Positions 47,827 to 56,117 of a stretch of DNA of 64,000 nucleotides are shown in pieces (position 1 is the first letter of the stretch; every line of letters begins with the position of its first letter). This DNA comes from Candidatus Bipolaricaulota bacterium. Lineage in GTDB: Bacteria; Bipolaricaulota; Bipolaricaulia; UBA7950; UBA9294. The stretch is from positions 29,399-93,398 of the forward strand of contig JBFMGK010000073.1 in the NCBI GenBank assembly GCA_040752575.1, in the 5' to 3' direction. Under the pieces are notes generated by a model. That model had not been told where the DNA came from. It searched no databases and saw nothing but the letters and a program-made list of their open reading frames with translations. The position numbers and the translations under genes are program-made.

Positions 47827-48899
47827 TCTACAACGCGGTTCGCGCGTATCGTCTGTCGCCCGTCGTCTCCCTTGTGGGTGCCGGAGCGCGCGACGACCTA
47901 GGCAACGTGGTCGCCAAACTCGGCCGCCGCGCCATCGTTCTCGGAGGGCACCGTGCGCTAGCCGTCGCAGAGGACGCGGTCTCTCGTATCGCGGAGGCTG
48001 GGTGCCGTCTCGCGGTTCGCGAGTTCCGCGGCGAGTGCACGCAGGACGCCATCGACGCGCTCGCGCAAGCCGCCGTCGATGCGGAAGTCCTGGTGGGTGT
48101 CGGCGGCGGCAAGGCGCTCGACACGGCGAAGGCGGCCGCTGCGTCGCGTCGGATTCCGTGCGTCACTCTCCCGACGTCGGCCGCGACGTGCGCGGCGTAC
48201 ACGCCCCTCTCGATTCTCCACCGCGAAGATGGGTCGTACGTTGAGAGCCGTCGCCTCTCCGCCGCGGTGGCGGCCATGATCCTTGACGTGGAGCTGATCG
48301 GTCGAGGGCCGTCTCGTCTCCTCGCCGCGGGTATCGTCGACGCGTTGGCGAGAGCGCTCGACACCGATCTGGCCGCCCGTGTCGCCGTGCCCTCGGCAAC
48401 CGCAGCGCTTTCGCTCGGTGCGTGCCGCGCGTTCGTGGACGTCCTTCGCGAGGACGCCGACTCGGCGCTCGCGTCTCGAGAGACTCGCCCTCCCGCGATG
48501 GAGAGGGCGATCGAGGCGTGCATCGTCGGGGCGGGCCTTGCTGGGGAAACCGGAGCCAGGTTCTTCGGCCGCAGCTTCAGCCACGCCGTAGCCTACGCCC
48601 TTTCGGAGCGCGTCGATCCTGTCGAGGTTCTGCACGGAGAGGCCGTCGGACTGGGCGTTTTGGTCCACTGCGCGCTCGACGCCCAAGCTCCCCTGGCGTA
48701 CGAGACCGTCCAAGGCATGCTGAGCCGCTGGGAGCTGCCCAGGACATTCTCCGCCCTGGGAGTCGAAGCAAGCGATGAGGCGGGACGAACTCTGGCACGA
48801 CGAACCCTCGACTACCTCGACCGCGAACACGCCATACCGTTCGAGGTCGACGAGGCTTCGCTTCTGCGGGCCTTCCTCCGCGTGGACGCTACCCTCTAG
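47823..48899 (+). CDS. Glycerol dehydrogenase-like metal-dependent alcohol dehydrogenase (Fe-ADH/DHQS superfamily)
   Basis: GVGGGKALDTAK, PTSAATCAA, GIVDALA, SHA, LHGEAVG; start position approximate. Confidence 0.85.
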   Translation: MIYNAVRAYRLSPVVSLVGAGARDDLGNVVAKLGRRAIVLGGHRALAVAEDAVSRIAEAGCRLAVREFRGECTQDAIDALAQAAVDAEVLVGVGGGKALDTAKAAAASRRIPCVTLPTSAATCAAYTPLSILHREDGSYVESRRLSAAVAAMILDVELIGRGPSRLLAAGIVDALARALDTDLAARVAVPSATAALSLGACRAFVDVLREDADSALASRETRPPAMERAIEACIVGAGLAGETGARFFGRSFSHAVAYALSERVDPVEVLHGEAVGLGVLVHCALDAQAPLAYETVQGMLSRWELPRTFSALGVEASDEAGRTLARRTLDYLDREHAIPFEVDEASLLRAFLRVDATL

Positions 48900-49996
48900 A
48901 AGGGGAGGCGCGGCTCCTCGATCGCCAAGAGGTCGCGCACTCCGGCCAGAGCCTGTTGGAGCTTCCGGTTGACGGGAATCCCGCGAGACAGGACGCGCTG
49001 CTCATTCTCCCACTCCTTCTCGCCTGCGGTGTAGATCCGCTCGCCGCCGAGCGGCTTCGACGAACGCAACGCGCGGAGGATGTCCCCGGTTCGCTTGCGG
49101 AACGCATCAAGGTCCTCGAACGCCGCGACGTCGAGGGCGAAGAAGAAGTGACCGATCGCCTGCTTCCGCGCCGAGCCATCGGCCCCCGCACTCGCCAGGT
49201 CTTTGAGAAAAGGTCCCGCCTGCAGGCTGGCCGAGAGGATCTCAACCATCGTGGCCAGACCATACCCCTTGTGGCCTCCCAGGATCTCGCCCCACCCGCC
49301 CAGGGGGAGAAGTCCGTAGGCGCCGGCGTCGATCCCGGCCAGCACGGCATCGGTGTCCGTCGACGGCCGGCCGTCGGACGTCGCGGCCCATCCCTCCGGC
49401 ATCGATTGGCCGGCGCGCGAGGCCACCTCGAGCTTGCCGCGCGGCACGGCGGACGTCGCCGCATCGAACAGGAAGGGACACGGCTCGTCGGTCGGCGCTC
49501 CGAACGCGATCGGATTGGTGCCGAGCATCGGCTCGCTGCCGAACGTTGGAAAGACCGACGGGCGTGCGTTGGTTACCGCCAGCCCTACTTGGCCGTCGGC
49601 CACCGCCATCAGGGGGTAGTATCCGGCGATTCCGAAGTGCGAGGAGTTGCGCACCGCCACAGCCCCGAGGCCGAACGCGCGCGCCTTCTCCATCGCCATT
49701 CGCATCGCACGTACGGCGATGACCGGCCCCACGCCGTGGTGGCCGTCGAGGACGGCGGTGGTCGGCCCTTCCCGCACCACGTCGAGCGTCGTGACCGGGG
49801 ACAGCATGCCCTTGCGGTATCGCTCGACGTAAACGTGAAGCCGGCCGATGCCGTGGGATTCGATGCCGCGCAGGTCCGAACGAAGGAGGACATCGGCAAA
49901 GAGCCGCGCATCCTCGACGGGCGTCCCGAGGCGGCAGAACGCCGTCTCGGTGAACGCCCTCATCGTAGCTACCGGAACGAGAGCCGGGCCGTTCAT
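48896..49996 (-). CDS. Ldh_2 family oxidoreductase (malate/L-lactate/sulfolactate/ureidoglycolate dehydrogenase-like)
   Basis: DLRGIESHG, RNSSHFG, GTNPIAF, GHKGYGL; GGAGGAG RBS. Confidence 0.92.
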   Translation of the reverse strand: MNGPALVPVATMRAFTETAFCRLGTPVEDARLFADVLLRSDLRGIESHGIGRLHVYVERYRKGMLSPVTTLDVVREGPTTAVLDGHHGVGPVIAVRAMRMAMEKARAFGLGAVAVRNSSHFGIAGYYPLMAVADGQVGLAVTNARPSVFPTFGSEPMLGTNPIAFGAPTDEPCPFLFDAATSAVPRGKLEVASRAGQSMPEGWAATSDGRPSTDTDAVLAGIDAGAYGLLPLGGWGEILGGHKGYGLATMVEILSASLQAGPFLKDLASAGADGSARKQAIGHFFFALDVAAFEDLDAFRKRTGDILRALRSSKPLGGERIYTAGEKEWENEQRVLSRGIPVNRKLQQALAGVRDLLAIEEPRLPF

Positions 49997-50006
49997 GTCT
50001 CCTCCG

Positions 50007-51020
50007 TCACGCGTCGAACTCCACGAGAACCTTGATGGCATCAGTCCCCTTCGACGCGCGAATCGCCTCGACCACATCTCGGAACGGGAACGTATGCGTG
50101 ATCAACGGCCGCGCGTCGAGAATCCGCTTCGCAACCAGTTCGTGGATCCGCTCGACGGCGAACAGCGACGCATCGGACGTCAACAAGTCGACCTCTCGTC
50201 GAACAAGGTGCAGGAAGTCAAACGCCACTGGTTTCCCCGGAATGCCCACCATCATGATCCGACCGGCTGATCGCGCGAGATGGACGGACTCGGACACGGT
50301 TTCGGGGCGCCCTACGGCCTCGATCACGAGGTCGGCGCCGGCTCCGTCGGTCTCCTGCATGACGACCGCGCGCAGGTCCTCGTCGGGTGTCTGGACGACG
50401 CGATGCGCTCCGAGCTGCTTTGCCACATCAAGTCTACGCCGCCGGTGTCCCGAGACAATGATCTTCTGGCAACCGAAGGCCGCGACGCTCTCGAGCAAGA
50501 AGAGGCCGATCGGGCCGGCTCCCATCACCACGACCGTCTCCGACGGCGTTGGAGCCGCGCGGCAGACGGCGTGGTAGCCAACAGCCGCCGGCTCGACGAG
50601 CGCCGCCTCTTTGGGATCGAGTTCCTTCGGAGCCGGAAACACGGAGTAACCGGGGAGCTTGTAGTACTCGGCGAAGACCCCGTCGGCCTCGATTCCAAGG
50701 TGCAGACGTCGTTGGCACACATTGTAGCGCCCTGATCGACATGCCAGGCACTGCCCGCAGACGATGATCGGCGACGTAACGACTCGCTGGCCGAGTTCGA
50801 GGTGACGCACTCGTTCCCCGAGGGCGGCGACCACCCCTGCCGCCTCGTGTCCCATCACGATCCCGCGCCGAGCGGGGAATCCTCCTTCGAGCATGTGCGC
50901 GTCGGTCCCGCAGACCGCCGCGTACGTTGTCTTGATCAGCACCTCGTCGCCGGCCAACGCGGGCACGGGGACGTCTACGAGCCGGACCTCGCCGGGCCCA
51001 TCGAATCGCAACGCTCGCAT
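50007..51020 (-). CDS. Zn-dependent medium-chain alcohol/polyol dehydrogenase
   Basis: CGTD, GHE, CxxCxxC..C, VEP, GAGPIG. Confidence 0.92.
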   Translation of the reverse strand: MRALRFDGPGEVRLVDVPVPALAGDEVLIKTTYAAVCGTDAHMLEGGFPARRGIVMGHEAAGVVAALGERVRHLELGQRVVTSPIIVCGQCLACRSGRYNVCQRRLHLGIEADGVFAEYYKLPGYSVFPAPKELDPKEAALVEPAAVGYHAVCRAAPTPSETVVVMGAGPIGLFLLESVAAFGCQKIIVSGHRRRRLDVAKQLGAHRVVQTPDEDLRAVVMQETDGAGADLVIEAVGRPETVSESVHLARSAGRIMMVGIPGKPVAFDFLHLVRREVDLLTSDASLFAVERIHELVAKRILDARPLITHTFPFRDVVEAIRASKGTDAIKVLVEFDA

Positions 51021-51064
51021 CAAACCCACAGCTTCGCTCCTCTCGAGTCGTCCTTGCCAACCCG

Positions 51065-52042
51065 CTACGGGGGGTAGGCCATGGTGTACAGGTGGGGACC
51101 GCCATCGCGCGGACCCCGCAATACGGCTTCGACGTCCTCCCTCTTCCGCTGGGTCACCTTCTCGATGGGCGGCAAGACCCCCGGAGGAAAGGCCTCCAGG
51201 ATGTCGTCGTGCAGCTCCACCAGGTAGTCCAGGATCTCCTCCACGCCGCCGATCGCTTTCTCGGCCTTGGCCAACGTCGGCGCACCGACGACGCCCTCTG
51301 GGGTCACGCAAACCTCGAGCCCGCCGAGCCCCACTTGCGCGTGCCCCGGGATCGGCCGCTGGTAGACGTCGCCCCCCGCGTCAATGTGCCGCAGGCCCTT
51401 ATTCCCCTTGAGGAAACCCGCCGGCTTGGTGTCGACCGCATCCTGCAGGTGGATGAACTCAGGGAACAGGGCCAAGGAGTAGGATGTCTCCGCCTCGTCG
51501 GCATGCTTGAACGGCGTGTCGAACGGTCCGCCGTGCGCCTTGTCCTTCAGGCGGCCGGGGATCACCGTGGGCCAGTTCACGAACGCGAGCACGGCTGGGA
51601 CCTGATAGGTCTTCATGAACTGGTGCAACGCATTCGGAATGACGTACTCCTGGCCATGGCCGTTCAGCAAGATCTGCTTGCGGAACCCGGCGTTCCAGAA
51701 ACCGGCGATCACCGCACGCAGGAGCGCCGTGAACGTGTCCTCGGGCACAATGACCGTGCCGGGCATCCCGAGGTGAGCCCATGGATGCGATCCGTACCAG
51801 ATGGGCTGGGCCACCGTGCACCCTGTCCGTTCGGCGACCTTCTCGGCCATGCGCGTCACGAGGAAGGTGTCCTCGCCGTACGGTGCGCCGTCGCCGTGGG
51901 CCTCGGTGCTCCCCACCGGAATCAACAGGATGTCGTCCACCTTCAACCGCTCCCGCACGGCGCGGCCGGTCATGTTCTGGAAGTAGACGTTCGACGCACG
52001 GTCCATGTGCCCGCCCTTCGGCGGCAGTTCCCACTTTGCCAT
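51065..52042 (-). CDS. iolN: Creatininase-family hydrolase resembling 3-dehydro-scyllo-inosose hydrolase IolN
   Basis: PVGSTEAHG, GEDT, H.GMPGT, NGHGQE and HADEAETS; N-terminus KWELPPKGGHMD..YFQNM recalls Thermotoga IolN (from memory, not searched). Confidence 0.75.
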   Translation of the reverse strand: MAKWELPPKGGHMDRASNVYFQNMTGRAVRERLKVDDILLIPVGSTEAHGDGAPYGEDTFLVTRMAEKVAERTGCTVAQPIWYGSHPWAHLGMPGTVIVPEDTFTALLRAVIAGFWNAGFRKQILLNGHGQEYVIPNALHQFMKTYQVPAVLAFVNWPTVIPGRLKDKAHGGPFDTPFKHADEAETSYSLALFPEFIHLQDAVDTKPAGFLKGNKGLRHIDAGGDVYQRPIPGHAQVGLGGLEVCVTPEGVVGAPTLAKAEKAIGGVEEILDYLVELHDDILEAFPPGVLPPIEKVTQRKREDVEAVLRGPRDGGPHLYTMAYPP

Positions 52043-53040
52043 CAGCTCTCCTCCCTGCGCACTTCGATCAGCACCTTGAGCCCCTCGCGGGCCTCGGCAA
52101 TGGAGAACGCGCGCGACGCTTCGGCGATCGCGAACGTATGCGTCACCCACTCGCGCGCGGGGACGCTCCCGTCGAGAACCCTCGCGAGCGCGCGGCCGAA
52201 GTCCCGGGCCTCGTAGATGAACGAACCGAGCACCTCCAATTCGCGCCAGACGATCCAACGCGTCTCCACGAGGGCCGCGTCCATAGGAATCCCCGTGAGG
52301 ACGATCCGGCCTCCCGGTCGAGCCCGTTCCACGATCTGGGAAACGACCGAGGAGACTCCGGCCGTCTCGATGACGACGTCGGCCTTGTTCTCCACCGCGC
52401 TGATCGACGCGACGGCCTGCGTAACGCCGAGAGACTCGGCCCGGGTTCGGCGCGACGGCTCGGGTTCGACCGTGGTCACGACGCCGCCCTCAAGGGTCGC
52501 GATCCGCGCCGCGGCAAGCCCGATCGGACCGGCCCCGACGACGCAAACCTGCCGGCCCGCGATCGCCCCCGCGCGCCGCACGGCGCGCTCCGCGACCGCC
52601 ACCGGCTCGACGAGACACGCCAACTTCAGATCCATCTCGTCGGGCACGCGCCAGACGTAGCGCTCGGGAACGAGCACGTATTCGGCCAGGCAGCCGTCGA
52701 TTGTGACGCCCAGCCCGCGGCTGTGCGTGCAGAGGTTGTCGCGACCCTCAAGACACGTAGGACATCCACCGCAACCGAAGTTGGGGCGCAGGGTGACTCG
52801 CGCTCCAATCCACCCGGGCTCTACCCCTGCCCCCACCGCATCCACGCGCCCCGACGCTTCGTGCCCCAGGATGAACGGAAGGGGCGCCGTGCGACGGCCG
52901 CGGTAGAACTCCAGATCGGTGCCGCAAATGCCCACGTACGACACGGCGATCCGAACCTCGCCGGGACCCGGCTGGGGACGGTCTCGCTGCACAGTCTCCA
53001 GCCGTCTCGGCTCGACGAGGGCAACGGCAATCATCGTCAC
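52042..53040 (-). CDS. Zn-dependent medium-chain alcohol/polyol dehydrogenase
   Basis: GICGTD, GHE, CGGCPTC..C, VEP, GAGPIG. Confidence 0.92.
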   Translation of the reverse strand: MTMIAVALVEPRRLETVQRDRPQPGPGEVRIAVSYVGICGTDLEFYRGRRTAPLPFILGHEASGRVDAVGAGVEPGWIGARVTLRPNFGCGGCPTCLEGRDNLCTHSRGLGVTIDGCLAEYVLVPERYVWRVPDEMDLKLACLVEPVAVAERAVRRAGAIAGRQVCVVGAGPIGLAAARIATLEGGVVTTVEPEPSRRTRAESLGVTQAVASISAVENKADVVIETAGVSSVVSQIVERARPGGRIVLTGIPMDAALVETRWIVWRELEVLGSFIYEARDFGRALARVLDGSVPAREWVTHTFAIAEASRAFSIAEAREGLKVLIEVRREES

Positions 53041-53044
53041 CTCG

Positions 53045-53956
53045 CTACACGGGGACGCCGCCGCGGTCGACGCCGGCAGCGCTCTGCTTCGCCTCGGGCA
53101 GGTACCTTGTCACCATCTCCACCACAATGCTCGCCTGATCCGCCATCGCTCGGCCTTCTGCCGCCGACGTCTTGATCCCATGCCCCGATACCGCCGAGTT
53201 GCCGGTCTTCAGGTACACGGGCGAGGCCACGCGCACAATCTCCGGCGCCTCGTAGCTCCGGATGAATCCGCCCGACGCCGGCGGGTTGTCCGTGTGCAGG
53301 TCCAGCGGAACTTCCACCGCTCGTCGCAACGCACCAAGCATCGGCAGCTGCAAGTCGCGCACCGGGTTGATCGTGTCCGCGCCCAGACGCTCCAGCACTT
53401 TGAACGAGGCAGGATTCGCGTGCCCGCAGTGCGCTGATACCTTCAAGTGCATGTCTTTCGGAAGGTCTCCCGACGCCCGCAGTTCGCTCAAAACCCAGAG
53501 CAAACCCTCGTCGTACACGAGGATCCCGCGGCACCCCACCGAAAGAGCGCGCTTCACGTCCTCCACCGCTCGCACCACCTGCTCCATCCCGCGCAGCCGG
53601 TACCCGATCCGCACCCCCTGCGACGTCTGGACCGTCGCCCCCGTGTCGTACGGAGCCCGCGGCCCCACCGAAAGGTTCAGCGCAACACCTCGCTCCTTCG
53701 CCAGCGCGCAGAAGTCCTTCAGCTCGCCTAGCGTGTGTCGGAAGATCCCGTAGGTCTCATCTACCCGGTTGATCGTGATCCCCAGCTTGTCCGCCTGCTG
53801 GATCAGCGCCGCAAACGCCTCGAACGAGTTGACCGTCGGCACCTCAATCCGGTAGTGCGCACCGTCCTTGAACGTCTTGCCCGACGTCGTCATCTCGTAC
53901 AGGTCCCCCTGCGGCAAACCTAGCTTGCCCAGGCTCTTCCTCGTCTCGTCAAACAT
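53045..53956 (-). CDS. U32-peptidase-like TIM-barrel protein of unknown function
   Basis: GILVYDEGLL, KVSAHCGHANP, LGADTINP..DL; lacks the clustered Cys motif of Fe-S U32 enzymes. Confidence 0.65.
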   Translation of the reverse strand: MFDETRKSLGKLGLPQGDLYEMTTSGKTFKDGAHYRIEVPTVNSFEAFAALIQQADKLGITINRVDETYGIFRHTLGELKDFCALAKERGVALNLSVGPRAPYDTGATVQTSQGVRIGYRLRGMEQVVRAVEDVKRALSVGCRGILVYDEGLLWVLSELRASGDLPKDMHLKVSAHCGHANPASFKVLERLGADTINPVRDLQLPMLGALRRAVEVPLDLHTDNPPASGGFIRSYEAPEIVRVASPVYLKTGNSAVSGHGIKTSAAEGRAMADQASIVVEMVTRYLPEAKQSAAGVDRGGVPV

Positions 53957-53971
53957 GTCAGCCTCCTCGGC

Positions 53972-54337
53972 TCACGACACCGGCGGCTTACGATGATCCG
54001 GCAGCGCCGGGCAGTAGACCCAGACGAGCTTCAGCGGCTCGTCTCCTGTGTTCAGAATCGAGTGCGGCGTCCCCGGCGGCATGTAGATCGCCATCCCCGG
54101 CACCAGATCCTGTTCGCCGTCCGGAGTCACCAGGCGGCCGCAACCGCTCACGATGTACATCCCTTCTTCGGAGACCTCGTGCGCGTGCTGCGGAATCTGG
54201 CTCCCCACATCGGTCACGTTCTGCCCGAGCGAGAAGCCGTGCGCCCCGACCGTGACCTCCGAGAGGAGAACCTTGGACGTCCGACTCGGGATGCGCTTCA
54301 CTCCCTCCACCTTCGCCGCATCCACGACGTAGGTCAT
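53972..54337 (-). CDS. Cupin domain protein
   Basis: HAHEVSEE.MY..SG.G and YMPPGTPH motifs. Confidence 0.88.
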   Translation of the reverse strand: MTYVVDAAKVEGVKRIPSRTSKVLLSEVTVGAHGFSLGQNVTDVGSQIPQHAHEVSEEGMYIVSGCGRLVTPDGEQDLVPGMAIYMPPGTPHSILNTGDEPLKLVWVYCPALPDHRKPPVS

Positions 54338-54376
54338 GTGCCTTCCTTTCCCGCGACGCTGAGGCCGCAAGGTCGT

Positions 54377-56107
54377 TTAGAATCCTTTACGATCGGGTTC
54401 GATATCCCAGATCCTCATCATTTCGTCATGGCCGATGTCAAATACCGTGTTGTGCGGCGGCAGCGGCTCGAAGCGCATGAACTCCGGCACGTCGCAGAAG
54501 GCGTCGGATCGCCCTGCGCGTTGGTTGAAGTCCCGTTCCAGAGTCAACGTGTGAGCCGCTGCCGTCACGATGTCGGAGAACGAGACGTCCCGCCCGAGAC
54601 GCCCGCTGACGAGGTCCGCCAGCAACTCCGGTTCGGCAACAAAGGGGGCTCGTGCGAAGAGACAAAGACCGGCCATATCGAGGATCGCCGCGCGCACCTG
54701 GAGTCCGCGAGAGTTCGCGATCTGGCCCGCCCCCGAGAGCGGGTCGATCGCCTTCCACGTCCCGAACGCGTTGCCCGCCGTGTGATCGGCCCCCATCGGC
54801 GACGTAACGTACGTCACCCCGTTGCCCTTCATCGCCCGCGGGTCATATCCAGGGATTCCTTGGCCGTTGACCGCCGGGATCCGCCGTACGCCCAGCGCCC
54901 GTCCGGCGAAGACGACACCCTGTCCAAGGATGCGGCCGAGCGGAGTCCCCTTCGCAGTCTGCGTCAGGAGGTCGGCCGCTGCCTCGACGTCGCCGAACGC
55001 CGCGAGGCCCGCTTCCATCGCCACGCCAAGAACGCACCCCATCTCGATGGTGTCCAGACCGAGGTCGTTGCACAGCGCATTCAGATGGGCGACGCCGTCG
55101 AGCGTCGCCACACCGCAGTTCGAGCCGAGCAAGGCAATCGTCTCGTACTGAAGCGACGCCACGGCAATCTCTCCGCCGGGGTCGGGGAAAACGTTCGAGC
55201 AGCGGATGACGCAGCCCGTCATGCACGGCACGCCGGTTCTTCCCCTTCCGCCCCGCTCGGCGACGAGCTCAGCAAGCCGGGCCCCTTGGAGGGCGTCGGC
55301 CGCCTCGAACCTGCCCTCGCGGAAGTTCCGCGTCGGCAAGAGCCCCAGCTCATTCGCCGTGCCGACGATGGCCGACGTCCCCTGCTTCGACATCCCTTGG
55401 GCCTTGGGATCGTTGATCAGCGCCGTCGCATAGCGTCGGGCGGCCTCGGCCAGCCTCGCGGGGTCGGCGCCGCGGTCGGCCGCCGCGCCGCCGTCATCCA
55501 GCACGATGGCTTTGACGCCCTTCGCGCCCATCACCGCACCGAGACCGCCGCGTGCTGCGTAGCGGATTTGCGTTCCACTGGCGTCGGTCGTCGCGACGCC
55601 GGCAGCCCCCATGCGAAACTCGCCCGCAGGCCCGATGGCCAGAATTCCGCACGTCTCGCCGAAGCGCTCGCGAAGGACGCGGAAGGTCTCACCGACCGTT
55701 CGCCCCGCGAGGGAAAGGTCCTCGATCCATCGGGCCCCGTGCGGGCCGACATAGAGCCCACGAGCCGCAGGCGCATCCGGCGCGTCCTCGAGGATCAGCG
55801 CATGGACCCCAAGACGCGCGAGTTTCTGCCCCGCTTCGCCGCCGACGTTGGCCTCCTTGATTCCGCCAGTAAGGGGGCTCTTCGCTCCTACGGACAGCCT
55901 GCCGGATGTGGTGACGGCCGTCCCGCCGAGCCAGCCCGGAGCGAAAACCAAGGCATTGCCTCGCCCTAGAGGATCGGACAACGGGCTCGTCTCGCGGGTT
56001 AGAACCTCGGCAATCGTCTGCCGCCCGCCCCAGGCACGCGTTTCCTCCGACACGGGCGTCGCGGCGATCGTTCCCAACCGCGCGTTCACCCGAATCACTC
56101 GATCCAT
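54377..56107 (-). CDS. Aldehyde:ferredoxin oxidoreductase family (W/Mo)
   Basis: KSPLTGGIKE, IGPAGE, RGGLGAVMGAKG, CMTGCVIRC, DLGLDTIE, GADH. Confidence 0.92.
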   Translation of the reverse strand: MDRVIRVNARLGTIAATPVSEETRAWGGRQTIAEVLTRETSPLSDPLGRGNALVFAPGWLGGTAVTTSGRLSVGAKSPLTGGIKEANVGGEAGQKLARLGVHALILEDAPDAPAARGLYVGPHGARWIEDLSLAGRTVGETFRVLRERFGETCGILAIGPAGEFRMGAAGVATTDASGTQIRYAARGGLGAVMGAKGVKAIVLDDGGAAADRGADPARLAEAARRYATALINDPKAQGMSKQGTSAIVGTANELGLLPTRNFREGRFEAADALQGARLAELVAERGGRGRTGVPCMTGCVIRCSNVFPDPGGEIAVASLQYETIALLGSNCGVATLDGVAHLNALCNDLGLDTIEMGCVLGVAMEAGLAAFGDVEAAADLLTQTAKGTPLGRILGQGVVFAGRALGVRRIPAVNGQGIPGYDPRAMKGNGVTYVTSPMGADHTAGNAFGTWKAIDPLSGAGQIANSRGLQVRAAILDMAGLCLFARAPFVAEPELLADLVSGRLGRDVSFSDIVTAAAHTLTLERDFNQRAGRSDAFCDVPEFMRFEPLPPHNTVFDIGHDEMMRIWDIEPDRKGF

Positions 56108-56117
56108 GCTCCCTCCA

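Noticed and set aside
51065..52042. Calling this gene creatininase or mycofactocin MftE
   Set aside because: No creatine-utilisation or mft genes nearby; the N-terminal extension and Zn-ADH neighbours fit the IolN-like subgroup better
53993..55969. 658-aa plus-strand ORF
   Set aside because: Antisense shadow of the AOR and cupin genes
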